From NCBI GenBank assembly GCA_965248065.1, contig OZ252088.1:2709202-2773201 (forward strand): a stretch of 64,000 bases of DNA, in the 5' to 3' direction. Under the pieces are notes generated by a model. It made no database searches, had not been told where the DNA came from, and saw only the letters and a program-made list of their open reading frames with translations. Positions 18,002 to 28,079 of this stretch are shown piece by piece. The position numbers were made by a program, and so were the translations under genes. The first letter of the stretch is position 1; the number at the start of each line of letters is the position of its first letter. Origin of the DNA: Dehalococcoidia bacterium. GTDB lineage: Bacteria > Chloroflexota > Dehalococcoidia > Lucifugimonadales > Australimonadaceae.

Positions 18002-19065
18002 CCAAGGCCTACCTGGTCCTGAGCGACGGCACCGTCTACGAGGGGCGCTCCTTCGGCGCGGAAGCCTCCGCGTTCGGGGAGGTCGTGTTCAACACGAGCA
18101 TGTTCGGCTACCAGGAGATGCTCACGGACCCGTCGTACGCGGGCCAAATCGTCGTTCCGACGTACCCGCTCCAGGGCAACTACGGCATCAATGACACGGA
18201 CGCGGAGTCGCGCCGCATACAGGTGGCGGCGTTCGTCGTGCGGGAGCACTCCACGACGCCCAGCCACTACGACTCGACGCGCACGATGCACGAGTACCTC
18301 GCGGACGCGGGCGTCCCCGGCGTCTGGGGCGTGGACACGCGGGCGATCACGCGGCGCATCCGCTCCTCGGGGGTGATGATGGGGGCCGTAGCGATTGGCG
18401 ATCCCCAGGAGGCGCTGCGGGAGCTGACCTCCCGCCCGGCGTACGACACGGTCAATTTCGTCGAGCGCGTCACGGTCGGCGCCGGGTACGAATGGAGCGG
18501 CGACGGCGATAAACGGGTGGCGGTCGTGGACTGCGGGGTGAAGTACAACATTTTGCGCTTGCTCGCCCGGCGCGGCTGTCAGGTGCGCGTGTTCCCAGCG
18601 GCGGCGACCGCCGAGGAGGTGCTGGCGAGCAAGCCCGACGGCGTGGTCTTCTCCCCCGGTCCCGGCGACCCGGTCCACAATGGCCCGACCGTCGCAACGG
18701 CCAAGACGATCATCGAGCGAGTCCCGACGCTCGGCATCTGCCTCGGGCACCAGATCATCGCCAGGGCGCTGGGGGGCGACACGTATAAGCTGAAGTTCGG
18801 CCATCGCGGCGGGAATCATCCGGTGCAGGACCTGGCCACCGGGCGCGTCTACATCACCGCACAGAACCACGGCTATGCAGTGTCCGACGACGGCCTGCCC
18901 GACGACATCGTCGTCACGCACCGGAACCTGAACGACGGCACCATCGAGGGCCTGCGCCACCGCAGCCGTCCCGTGCTGACGATCCAGTACCACTCCGAGG
19001 CGTCGCCTGGGCCGCTGGACAACGAGTACATCTTCGACGAGTTCGTGGAGATGGTGCGCGGGTGA
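17998..19065 (+). CDS. carA: Carbamoyl-phosphate synthase small subunit
   Basis: GEVVFNTSMFGYQEMLTDPSYAGQ, SPGPGDP, GICLGHQ, QYHSEASPGP. ATG overlaps the pyrC stop. Confidence 0.95.
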   Translation: MTKAYLVLSDGTVYEGRSFGAEASAFGEVVFNTSMFGYQEMLTDPSYAGQIVVPTYPLQGNYGINDTDAESRRIQVAAFVVREHSTTPSHYDSTRTMHEYLADAGVPGVWGVDTRAITRRIRSSGVMMGAVAIGDPQEALRELTSRPAYDTVNFVERVTVGAGYEWSGDGDKRVAVVDCGVKYNILRLLARRGCQVRVFPAAATAEEVLASKPDGVVFSPGPGDPVHNGPTVATAKTIIERVPTLGICLGHQIIARALGGDTYKLKFGHRGGNHPVQDLATGRVYITAQNHGYAVSDDGLPDDIVVTHRNLNDGTIEGLRHRSRPVLTIQYHSEASPGPLDNEYIFDEFVEMVRG

Positions 19066-19158
19066 CGGGAATGATGTATTGTAATGATGTAGTATTTCGA
19101 TGCGACAGGTTCTTCCATTCTAGGGAGGCAATTGAACGGCAGGACGGGAGAAAGCGCA

Positions 19159-19569
19159 ATGGAAAATCACTTTGAATGTATGGTGTTAGCAGGACAGATG
19201 GGAGTCTTCGGAGTTGTTATGGATGTCATGCAGAAGCATAGCGGCGCCGGCGAACGATTGTCAGCGTCCGTCATTTCAGTAAATTCCTCGCGGTTTGGTT
19301 CGGACGAAGCGATTAGCATTAGGCTGAAGAGCGGACATCGAGAAGGAGAAATTGGGAAAGTCTTGGTGCGCCCGCTCCACGGCAACCTCCATCTGCTCAT
19401 GGTTCCCGGGAACAGGACGGGAGGAGCGGAGCCTGAGCTGGACTCCGACGGCGCGCGCTTCGCGGTAGTCCTCCAATCGTTGCTAGGCAGACTGGAGAAG
19501 CAGGGACTCCGCGTGCCGAACAGCCCTCCGCCGGAAAAGGAGCCTGCGGGCTTCCGGAGACCGACGTAG
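19159..19569 (+). CDS. Hypothetical protein (insert in pyr operon)
   Basis: ORF with upstream GGGAG, lower GC, closely followed by the HEPN gene. Confidence 0.65.
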   Translation: MENHFECMVLAGQMGVFGVVMDVMQKHSGAGERLSASVISVNSSRFGSDEAISIRLKSGHREGEIGKVLVRPLHGNLHLLMVPGNRTGGAEPELDSDGARFAVVLQSLLGRLEKQGLRVPNSPPPEKEPAGFRRPT

Positions 19570-19573
19570 GAGC

Positions 19574-19996
19574 ATGCGCGTTGAGACGCAACGGTGGCTC
19601 AGACAAGCAGAGGCGGACTTGCGCGCCGCTAGGGACAGTCTCTCTGCGAGACATTACGAGTGGACATGCTTTCAGTCTCAACAATCGGGAGAAAAAGCGC
19701 TTAAATGTTTTCTTCTCGAAAGGGGATATTCTTCCGATGCGATACGCACAATAAGGCACTCCCTTCATGGCCCGGGCAGCGCCTTGGAATCATGCCAATA
19801 TCTCCAGCCGGAATTCGGCTCTCTCGGTACGCACGCGGACTTGTTGAACCAACTTAGTATTGCAACCCGTTATCCCGACAGCGACACACTCATGGGCGGA
19901 GCGGCGCCTGTGGACTTCTTCGTTGAAGATCACGCTCAACGTTCCATAGAGGCCGCTGAAGCTATCATGGAAGCAGTGAGGCGCTTTGTCGAATAA
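19574..19996 (+). CDS. HEPN-domain protein
   Basis: WLRQAEADLRAA...CFQSQQSGEKALK...HSL...ATRYPD...AEAIMEAV pattern. SD AGGAG. Confidence 0.88.
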   Translation: MRVETQRWLRQAEADLRAARDSLSARHYEWTCFQSQQSGEKALKCFLLERGYSSDAIRTIRHSLHGPGSALESCQYLQPEFGSLGTHADLLNQLSIATRYPDSDTLMGGAAPVDFFVEDHAQRSIEAAEAIMEAVRRFVE

Positions 19997-20014
19997 CCCG
20001 GAGAGGAGAGCGCG

Positions 20015-20236
20015 GTGATTACAGCATCCTATACATTCGAGCATGGCTACGCTAAACCGGTATACAGAGGGGTAGTCCTTTGGAACGGAAGCCGAGACGA
20101 CATCGGCCCCGAAAACCCGCAGCGATGGTTTGATGACTTGATTTACGAGTTAATCGATGCGGAAGGTCCGTGGCCGTCCGTTTATGACCTCAAAGACGTG
20201 AAGGTCACTATCGAGATCGGGGAAGTGACTAAGTAA
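20015..20236 (+). CDS. Small hypothetical protein, translationally coupled to carB
   Basis: SD GGAGAGGAG, GTG start, TAATG overlap with carB. Confidence 0.6.
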   Translation: MITASYTFEHGYAKPVYRGVVLWNGSRDDIGPENPQRWFDDLIYELIDAEGPWPSVYDLKDVKVTIEIGEVTK

Positions 20237-23200
20237 TGACCGCTAAGCCCCAAAAGGTCCTCGTCATCGGCAGCGGGCCTATCGTCATCGGTCAGGCAGC
20301 CGAGTTCGACTACGCGGGCGCGCAGGCGTGTAAGTCGCTGCGCGAGGAGGGCATGACCGTCGTCCTCGTCAACTCCAATCCGGCGACGATCATGACCGAC
20401 GAGGAGATTGCGGACGCCGTCTACATCGAGCCGCTGACCGTCGATGTAATCGAGCGAATCATCGCCCGCGAAAGGCCGGATGGGCTATTGCCGACGCTGG
20501 GGGGGCAGACCGGGTTGAACCTCGCCGTCGACCTCCATGAGGCCGGCGTGCTCGACCGGCACAACGTGCGGCTGCTCGGCACGTCCATCGAGACCATCAA
20601 GACCGCGGAGGACCGTGAGCTGTTCCGCTCACTGCTGAACCGCCTGGGCGAGCCCGTGCCGCCTAGTGAGATAGCGAACTCGTTGGACGAGGCGATGGCC
20701 GTCGGCCGTGATCTGGGGCTGCCGCTCGTGGTGCGTCCCGCGTACACCCTCGGCGGGACCGGCGGCGGCTTCGCCACTACCATGGAGGAACTCGAACAGG
20801 TCGCGTCGAGCGGCCTTGCGGCGAGTCCTATCCGCCAAGTCCTGGTCGAGCGCTCGGTGCGGGGCTGGCGCGAGGTCGAGTACGAGGTGATGCGCGACTC
20901 CGCGGATACGTGCATCACCATCTGCAACATGGAGAACCTGGACGCGATGGGCGTCCACACGGGCGATAGCATCGTCATCGCGCCGAGCCAGACGCTGTCC
21001 GATAAGGAGCACCAGATGCTCCGCTCGGCCAGTATCCGCATCATTCGCGCTCTGGGCATCGAGGGAGGCTGCAACATCCAGTTTGGACTGTCGCCGAGTC
21101 CGGTGGTCGGCGAATCGCTTCCCGGCGGGGCGCCCGAGCCGATGCGGTATTTCGTAATCGAGGTCAACCCGCGAGTCAGCAGGTCGTCCGCCCTCGCGTC
21201 CAAGGCAACGGGGTACCCGATAGCGAGAGTCGCCGCCAAGATCGCGGTCGGGCGCAGGCTCGACGAGATACCGAACGCCGTCACCCGGCGCACCAAGGCC
21301 GCTTTCGAGCCTGCGCTCGATTACTGCGTCATCAAGATTCCGCGCTGGCCGTTCGACAAGTTCGCGACGGGCGACCGGGTCATCAGCACGCAGATGAAGG
21401 CGACGGGCGAGGTGATGGCGATCGATCGCGGGTTCGAGGCCGCTCTGCAAAAGGCCGTGCGGTCGCTGGAGCTTGGCGGCAAGTCGCTGCTCTGGGAGGA
21501 CCCCGATTGGGCCGGCGACGGCCTCGACACGCTGCCGCTGGAGCCAACCGACCTACGCTTATGGGCGATGACCGCGGCCCTGCGCAGGGGCGTCGAAATC
21601 GACGCCCTCGCCAAGGCCGCGCAGGTCGACCCGTGGTTCCTGCACGGCCTCAAGCGCATCGTGGAGATGGAGGAGCGGCTGCGCTCCGAGGAGCTTTCGC
21701 GCGATCTCCTGTGGGACGCCAAGCGTCTCGGTATGCCGGACGAAAGCATCGGGACGCTGACCGGCCGCACCCAGGAGCAGGTGCGGGCGCTGCGGCATGA
21801 GCTCGATGTCACGCCCGTCTACAAGATGGTGGACACCTGCGCCGCCGAGTTCGAGGCGGTTACGCCCTACTTCTACAGCACGTACGACCAAGAGAACGAA
21901 TCGAGTCCCTTGCCGGGCGAGAAGGCCATCGTCATCGGCAGCGGTCCAATCCGCATAGGGCAAGGCATCGAGTTCGACTACTGCTCCGTCCATGCGGCGT
22001 GGGCGCTGGACGGCGCGGGCGTCAGCTCGATCATGGTGAACTCGAACCCGGAGACCGTGTCTACGGACTTCGACACGAGCGACCGCCTGTACTTCGAGCC
22101 GCTCGACGAGGAAAGCGTGCGTGACGTCATCGAGAACGAGGGCGTCGATGGAAGCTATCCCCCGTCGGTCGTGCAGTTCGGCGGGCAGACCGCCATCAAC
22201 CTCAGCCAGGCGATAAGCGCCGCTGGACTGCCCATCCTCGGCTCATCGGCGGACGCCATCGACATCGCCTCCGACCGCGAGCGTTTCGGCCAGCTCATGG
22301 CGAGTCTTGGCGTGCCGCAGCCGCCCGGCTCCACCGCGACCTTCCTCGAGGAGGGTATCGAGACCGCCACCAAGCTCGGTTTCCCGCTGGTTGTCAGGCC
22401 GAGCTACGTGCTGGGCGGACGGGCGATGGAGATCGTCGATAACATCACGGAGTTCGTGCGCTATCTGAATCGTGCGTTCGAGGCGGCTCCCGGAAGGCCC
22501 ATCCTCATCGATAAGTACTTCCAAGGCCGCGAGGTCGAGGTCGACGCGGTTGTGGACGGCGAAGAGGTGCTGATCCCCGGCATCATGGAGCACATCGAGC
22601 GGGCAGGAGTGCATTCGGGCGACTCCATGGCCATCTACCCCGCCAGCGGACTTTCCGACCACGAGCGGCGCACCATCGTCGACTACACCACGCGCATCGG
22701 CCTGGCCATCGGCGTTCGCGGACTGATGAACATCCAGTACGTGATCATGAACGAGAGCAAACCCTACGGCCTGACCGTCGCCGCCGACACCGGGCTATCG
22801 TCGGTCTATGTCATCGAGGTCAACCCGCGCTCCAGCCGAACGATCCCGTTCATCTCGAAGGTGACGGGCATTCCGATGGTGCAGATGGCGACGAACGTGA
22901 TGCTGGGCCGGACGATTGCAGAGCAGGGATACACCGGCGGACTACAGCCCGACCCGCCGATGACCAGCGTGAAGGCGCCTGTGTTCTCCATGTCCAAGCT
23001 GACCGGCGTCGACACATACCTAGGGCCCGAGATGAAGTCTACGGGCGAGGTGATGGGCATCGACGTGGCGCCGCGCCCCGCTGTGGCGAAGGCGCTCATC
23101 GCCGCCGGGCTGATGCTCCCGCCGTCCGGGGCGCTGCTCGTGACCATCGCCGACCGCGACAAGGCCGAGGCGGTCCCCTGGCTCAAGACCATGGGCGGCC

Positions 23201-23556
23201 TCGACTACCGCTTCTACGCGACGACAGGCACCGCCGCCCTGATGCGGGGCCTGGGCCTCGAGGTGACGGAAATCAACAAGGTTGGCGAGGCCGAGCCGAA
23301 TGCCTACTCGGTGGTCGCCGACGGCACAGTCGATGCGGTCGTGAACACGATAGCCGAGGTCGCGCAGGCGCTGCGGGACGGGTTTGAGATACGCCGGTCG
23401 GCGACGGAGCGCAGGATCCCCTGCTATACGTCGATGGACACGGCGAGGGCCGCCGTCGAGGCGCTGGCGCACGGCGGCTCCGAGTACCACGTCGCCCGGA
23501 CCGCTGAGTACGTAGGCGGGACCGTAAGAGCCGCTCCGGAGCGGTCTGTACAATAA
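20236..23556 (+). CDS. carB: Carbamoyl-phosphate synthase large subunit
   Basis: IGSGPIVIGQAAEFDYAG, two ATP-grasp halves, IEVNPR motifs, C-terminal MGS domain. Confidence 0.97.
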   Translation: MTAKPQKVLVIGSGPIVIGQAAEFDYAGAQACKSLREEGMTVVLVNSNPATIMTDEEIADAVYIEPLTVDVIERIIARERPDGLLPTLGGQTGLNLAVDLHEAGVLDRHNVRLLGTSIETIKTAEDRELFRSLLNRLGEPVPPSEIANSLDEAMAVGRDLGLPLVVRPAYTLGGTGGGFATTMEELEQVASSGLAASPIRQVLVERSVRGWREVEYEVMRDSADTCITICNMENLDAMGVHTGDSIVIAPSQTLSDKEHQMLRSASIRIIRALGIEGGCNIQFGLSPSPVVGESLPGGAPEPMRYFVIEVNPRVSRSSALASKATGYPIARVAAKIAVGRRLDEIPNAVTRRTKAAFEPALDYCVIKIPRWPFDKFATGDRVISTQMKATGEVMAIDRGFEAALQKAVRSLELGGKSLLWEDPDWAGDGLDTLPLEPTDLRLWAMTAALRRGVEIDALAKAAQVDPWFLHGLKRIVEMEERLRSEELSRDLLWDAKRLGMPDESIGTLTGRTQEQVRALRHELDVTPVYKMVDTCAAEFEAVTPYFYSTYDQENESSPLPGEKAIVIGSGPIRIGQGIEFDYCSVHAAWALDGAGVSSIMVNSNPETVSTDFDTSDRLYFEPLDEESVRDVIENEGVDGSYPPSVVQFGGQTAINLSQAISAAGLPILGSSADAIDIASDRERFGQLMASLGVPQPPGSTATFLEEGIETATKLGFPLVVRPSYVLGGRAMEIVDNITEFVRYLNRAFEAAPGRPILIDKYFQGREVEVDAVVDGEEVLIPGIMEHIERAGVHSGDSMAIYPASGLSDHERRTIVDYTTRIGLAIGVRGLMNIQYVIMNESKPYGLTVAADTGLSSVYVIEVNPRSSRTIPFISKVTGIPMVQMATNVMLGRTIAEQGYTGGLQPDPPMTSVKAPVFSMSKLTGVDTYLGPEMKSTGEVMGIDVAPRPAVAKALIAAGLMLPPSGALLVTIADRDKAEAVPWLKTMGGLDYRFYATTGTAALMRGLGLEVTEINKVGEAEPNAYSVVADGTVDAVVNTIAEVAQALRDGFEIRRSATERRIPCYTSMDTARAAVEALAHGGSEYHVARTAEYVGGTVRAAPERSVQ

Positions 23557-23594
23557 ACGATGATGGCGCGGCGGAGAGCCGCGCGCGAGGTCTG

Positions 23595-25262
23595 ATGGTC
23601 GAAGATTCACGAGAAACTCAGCAGCCGGAGGACGCCCCGCGTCCATCACGGCGGCGGTCGCCGCGACGGCCCGCCCCGGACGCCGAATCGCCGGACGCCC
23701 CCATCGTCGGGGCGCAACCGGACAGCGAGCCGGCCAAGCCCCCTGCGCGCCGCCGCAGGGCCACCCGGACACGGACGGAAACGTCGGCGGACGCAACTCC
23801 GGAGGCTGCCGCGGCGGCGCAGCCCGACGCGACGGCGGACGAGCAGCCGAGGCCGTCGCGCCGGAGGCGTCCTCGCAGATCGCCTGCCGAGGCCCCTACA
23901 GCGGACGCCGACGAGTCGGCGTCCCAAACTGCGCCGCTGGCCGAGCCCGCCACGGAAAGTCCCTCGCGACGTCGGCGCGGACGCGGCGGGCGTCAGACGG
24001 ATGCTCCAGATATCACAGGCGGTGTGGCATCCAAGGCTGAGCCCCCCGAGGCGAAAGGCGATGCCGTCGAGCAGCCGTCTCGTTCGGGACGCGGACAGCG
24101 GGGGCGCGGCGGGCGTCAGACGGATGCTCTAGACCCCGCTGGCGTCTCGGCATCCAAGGCTGAACCCCCCGAGGCGAAAGGCGACGACGCCGAGCAGCCG
24201 TCTCGTTCGGGACGCGGACGCCGGGGGCGCGGCGGGCGTCAGACGGATGCTCTAGACACAGCGAGCGTCTCGGCGTCCAAGGCGGAATCCTCCGAGGCGA
24301 AAGGCGATGCTGCCGAGCAGCCGTCTCGTTCGGGACGCGGACGCCGGGGGCGCGGCGGGCAGTCGGAGGCCGGCAAGGTCACGGCTGAGAAGCCCCAGAA
24401 AGCCTTCATGCATCCGAGCGAGAAGGAATTCGCCGACCTCCTGGACTACTACCACATCAACTATCTCTACGAGCCCCGGTCCTTCCCTCTACGCTGGGAT
24501 GGAAACCGGGTCGTCGAGATGTTTACGCCCGACTTCTACCTGCCGGAGTACGACCAGTACTTCGAGCTGACGACGATGAAGCAGAGCCTGGTCACGCAGA
24601 AGAACCGGAAGCTCCGCCACGTCCGGGAGATGTACCCGGAGGTCAGCGTCCAACTGCTCTACCGGCGCGACCTCATGCGCCTCATGGGCAAGTACGGATT
24701 CGGGCCGCTCTCGGACGTCTCTGTCGAGGGCACGGAGCGAGTGCTGTTCAACGAGGAGCAAGTGCAGGCGCGGGTGAGGGAGCTTGGCAAGCAGGTGTCG
24801 CGAGACTACGCCGGCAAAGAGCCGGTGCTGGTCGGCGTGCTGCGCGGGGTAGTGGTCTTCATGGCCGACCTCATGCGAATGATCGATCTCCCGCTCCAGA
24901 TCGAGTTCATGGAGATATCGCACTATGGCGAGCGCGAGGAGAGCATCGACATCATCAGGGACGTAATGACAGAGCTGAAAGGCCGCCACGTGCTCGTCGT
25001 CGAGGACATCGTCGACACCGGGCTGACCTTGCGCTACCTGCTGGAGCACTTGCAGGCGAAGGGCCCCGTCAGCCTCAAGGTCTGCACGCTCTTGGACAAG
25101 TCGGTGCGCAGGATGGCGGACATTCCCATCGAGTACGTGGGTTTCGAGGTCCCGGACGAATTCGTCATCGGGTATGGCCTCGACTACGGCGGCCGCTACC
25201 GAAACCTTCCGTATATCGGCGTGCTCCAACCCGTCGAGCCCAAGGCGGTCGCTCAGCGGTAG
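23595..25262 (+). CDS. hpt: Hypoxanthine phosphoribosyltransferase fused to a disordered Arg-rich N-terminus and a nuclease-like middle domain
   Basis: C-terminal VLVVEDIVDTGLTL and FVIGYGLDY. Middle domain HPSEKEF...YEPRSF...FTPDFYLPEYDQYFELTT (~24402-24690). Confidence 0.88.
   Translation: MVEDSRETQQPEDAPRPSRRRSPRRPAPDAESPDAPIVGAQPDSEPAKPPARRRRATRTRTETSADATPEAAAAAQPDATADEQPRPSRRRRPRRSPAEAPTADADESASQTAPLAEPATESPSRRRRGRGGRQTDAPDITGGVASKAEPPEAKGDAVEQPSRSGRGQRGRGGRQTDALDPAGVSASKAEPPEAKGDDAEQPSRSGRGRRGRGGRQTDALDTASVSASKAESSEAKGDAAEQPSRSGRGRRGRGGQSEAGKVTAEKPQKAFMHPSEKEFADLLDYYHINYLYEPRSFPLRWDGNRVVEMFTPDFYLPEYDQYFELTTMKQSLVTQKNRKLRHVREMYPEVSVQLLYRRDLMRLMGKYGFGPLSDVSVEGTERVLFNEEQVQARVRELGKQVSRDYAGKEPVLVGVLRGVVVFMADLMRMIDLPLQIEFMEISHYGEREESIDIIRDVMTELKGRHVLVVEDIVDTGLTLRYLLEHLQAKGPVSLKVCTLLDKSVRRMADIPIEYVGFEVPDEFVIGYGLDYGGRYRNLPYIGVLQPVEPKAVAQR
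23982..24361 (+). repeat. 123-bp (41-aa) tandem repeat x3 within the hpt N-terminus
   Basis: CGCGGCGGGC anchors at 23982, 24105, 24228 and 24351. Confidence 0.9.
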
Positions 25263-25338
25263 CGCGGGCGGCGGGCCGTTTGTGCGTTCCGCCCGCATGA
25301 TGTACCCTCGCGCGAAAGACTGCGGAGGAGAGAGCGCT

Positions 25339-26493
25339 ATGGTTATGCAAGGCACTGACATGAAGGTCGCCGAGACCCCAACCGGCGGCCTCGAGGACTT
25401 CCGAGTTCCCGACGCCTACGAGGAATGGCTGGAGAAAGAGGGGGTGATGGTCCACAAGACCTTCTACATCCCCAACTGGCATGAGGTCGAGGTCGGCCCG
25501 TGGGAGCGCAAGGGCGGCGAGGGCGCGGTCGTCCACATCGACAACGCGCACATGCCGAACGACCTCCACGTCGTGGACATCAAGCCCGGCGGCGTCTCCG
25601 AGCCCGAGCACCACATGTACGAGATCAACTTCTACATCGTCTCAGGCCGGGGGGCCACGACCGTCTGGATGGACGAGGACAGCAAGCAGACGTTCGAGTG
25701 GAAGGCCGGTTCCCTCTTCACGATTCCGCTGAACGCTTGGTACCAGCACTTCAACGGCTCGGGCGACGAGAAGGTGCGCTACATGGCCACGACCAACGCT
25801 CCGCCGATGATGCGTCTCTTCCGCGACACGGACTTCATGTTCAACAACGACTTCCAGTTCCGCTCCCGCTACTCCGACGACGAGACGTACTTCTCCGGCA
25901 ACGGCACGCTCTACAACAAGCGCATCTGGGAGACGAACTTCATCCCGAACGCGCCCGACATGGCGCTTTACGGCTGGAAGGAGCGGGGCGCGGGCGGCAT
26001 CAACGCCATGCTCCAGATGGGCAAGAACGACATGGGGAACCACATCTCGGAGTTCCCCATCGGCACCTACAAGAAGGCCCACCGCCACGGGCCGGGCGCG
26101 CACCTCTTCCTCCTCAGCGGCGACTCCGGCTTCTCGCTGCTGTGGACGAAGGAGGACCGCTCCGACATGGTCAAGTGCGACTGGCAGGTCGGCTCTATCG
26201 TTGTTGTTCCGAACGACGGCACCTACCACCAGCACTTCAACTCCGGCACGAAGCGGGCCCGGTACATGGCCCTGCGGGGCGGCAACGGCGGCTTCTACGC
26301 CCCCAACCAGCGGCAGTCCGCCGACGTCAGCATCAAGGACGGCGGCATCCAGGTCGAGTACGAGGACGAGGCGCGGGAGATCCACGAGATCTTCGAGAAG
26401 GAGCTCGCCAAGAGCGGTGCCCAGTGCAACATGAAGGCATTCGTCCCCTACTGCACCGGCGCCGCAGGCGTCACCGACGAGCGCGCAACCTAA
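25339..26493 (+). CDS. Bicupin protein (gentisate 1,2-dioxygenase-like fold)
   Basis: EPEHHMYE...GRG...WYQHFN and KAHRHGPG...HQHFN cupin metal motifs. Confidence 0.85.
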   Translation: MVMQGTDMKVAETPTGGLEDFRVPDAYEEWLEKEGVMVHKTFYIPNWHEVEVGPWERKGGEGAVVHIDNAHMPNDLHVVDIKPGGVSEPEHHMYEINFYIVSGRGATTVWMDEDSKQTFEWKAGSLFTIPLNAWYQHFNGSGDEKVRYMATTNAPPMMRLFRDTDFMFNNDFQFRSRYSDDETYFSGNGTLYNKRIWETNFIPNAPDMALYGWKERGAGGINAMLQMGKNDMGNHISEFPIGTYKKAHRHGPGAHLFLLSGDSGFSLLWTKEDRSDMVKCDWQVGSIVVVPNDGTYHQHFNSGTKRARYMALRGGNGGFYAPNQRQSADVSIKDGGIQVEYEDEAREIHEIFEKELAKSGAQCNMKAFVPYCTGAAGVTDERAT

Positions 26494-26518
26494 GCGCAGC
26501 CCGGCACGAGCAACAAGC

Positions 26519-26550
26519 AAAAGGGCGGGGGCTTGGCCCCCCGCCCTTTT
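26519..26550. terminator. Intrinsic (bidirectional-looking) terminator
   Basis: AAAAGGGCGGGGG-CTTGG-CCCCCCGCCCTTTT after the cupin gene. Confidence 0.8.
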
Positions 26551-26658
26551 CTTTACCCCGTTGCGGCGAGGACTGCGGAAGGGCCGCGTAAAGAACGGCC
26601 TGAGTACACCCGCATTACCTGAGCCACGGACAAGCGGAAGACGTGAGGGGGAGCTGCC

Positions 26659-27166
26659 ATGATTGACTTGGTTGTGAGGGAAGCAACGGTCGCTGACGCA
26701 GCCGGTATTGTGGGCGTGTTCAATCCAATAATCGAGAGCGGCCTCTACACCGCCATCCTTACTCCGTTTTCGGTTGAAGAGGAGGAGCAGTACATTCGCA
26801 ACCTCCCCGAGAGGGCAGTGTTACACGTTGCTGTCCAGTCGCCTGAAGAACGTGTAGTTGGGTTCCAAGGCCTGCAGCCGTTCCCAGCGCACACCAGCGC
26901 GTGGGCGCACATCGGGATAATGGGCACGTTCGTGGATGAAGCGCTCCGGCGTCGGGGGGTCTCGAAGCGCCTCTTTGCGGCCACTTTGCGGGCTGCGCCT
27001 GCCAGGGGATACGAAAAAATCTTGACCTACGTGCGGGCGGACAACCCCGAGGCCCTGTTCGCGTACCAAGCTCAGGGGTTCCACGGTTGTGGGGGTCTCG
27101 ACGCGGCATACGAAACTGGCAGACCGATATGTAGACGAAATAATCATCGAGAAGCTGCTCGCCTAG
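26659..27166 (+). pseudogene. GNAT N-acetyltransferase, +1 frameshift at ~27080 (possibly sequencing error)
   Basis: VDEALRRRGVSKRL acetyl-CoA motif, DNPEALFAYQAQGF. The expected tail TVVGVSTRHTKLADRYVDEIIIEKLLA* is in the next frame. Confidence 0.8.
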
Positions 27167-27212
27167 GCCCAGCAGTACAGACTGTTGATTGGTCCCCTTA
27201 CTACACGGCCCC

Positions 27213-28079
27213 TCACCACCGGATGGCGTGCAGGGTTTGGGCGGCGGCGGCGTAGTCGCGGGCGCCGGTCTTGAGAATCGGCGGGACGAGGTAGACGCCT
27301 CGGACGCCGCCGGCGATGAACTCGCCAAGCATCTCGGCTGCGATCTCGGCGCCGGGGCGGCCCTTCTCCAGGTCGGAGCGCACGCCGTCCGGGACGTTCC
27401 CGAAGACTAGCCCGTCGGCGGTGAGGACTTGCAGTCCCCAGAAGACGGGCACAGGGAGAGGCCCACCGGCGATCGACTCGTAGAGGTCGAGGAAGCGCTC
27501 GCGCTCCTCCAAGGAGTAGATGGGCTGGGTCATCAGGAACTGGACACCCGCTTCCACCTTTGCCGCCGCGAGCTTGGCCTCTCGCTCGAAGTCCTTCTCC
27601 AGGTCAGCGGCTCCGCCGACGCAGAGATCGGCCGGGCCTTGGAGGTTCGCTCCTCGGTAGTCCACCCCTTCCTTCAGCGCCGCCACGTCCCTTATCAGCG
27701 CGGTGGGGGCAATGTCGCGTACCTGCTTCACGCCGTGCCGCATCTCGCGCTCGGTGAGGTTGTCGCCGCCAAGGACGAGGACGTTTTCCAGGCCGAGCAT
27801 CGCCGCGCCCAGCAGCTGCGACTGCAGAGCGATCTTGTTCATGTCGCGGGGCGAGAGGGCGAAGAGGGTCTGCTTGCCGAGGCGCTGCCGGATGACGCTC
27901 GCGACGGTGATGGAGTCGGCGCGCGGGAGACGGCCGGGATTGTAGGCGACCGAGATGAAGTCGGCGGGCACGTCGGCGACGCGGTCGACGAACGCCGGGT
28001 CCGCGGAGCGCGGCGGCGAGAAGTCGCAAATCACGACAGGCCCCGCAGCCTGATTGTAGGCGTCGACGACGGTGGTCAT
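27213..28079 (-). CDS. metF: Methylenetetrahydrofolate reductase family protein
   Basis: CDFSPPR, SPRDMNKIALQSQLLGA...NVLVLGGD, KVEAGVQFLMTQPIY. Confidence 0.82.
   Translation of the reverse strand: MTTVVDAYNQAAGPVVICDFSPPRSADPAFVDRVADVPADFISVAYNPGRLPRADSITVASVIRQRLGKQTLFALSPRDMNKIALQSQLLGAAMLGLENVLVLGGDNLTEREMRHGVKQVRDIAPTALIRDVAALKEGVDYRGANLQGPADLCVGGAADLEKDFEREAKLAAAKVEAGVQFLMTQPIYSLEERERFLDLYESIAGGPLPVPVFWGLQVLTADGLVFGNVPDGVRSDLEKGRPGAEIAAEMLGEFIAGGVRGVYLVPPILKTGARDYAAAAQTLHAIRW

Noticed and set aside
21090-21145. Short insertions in CarB as repeat-derived
   Set aside because: No similarity to the REP families; likely lineage-specific loops.
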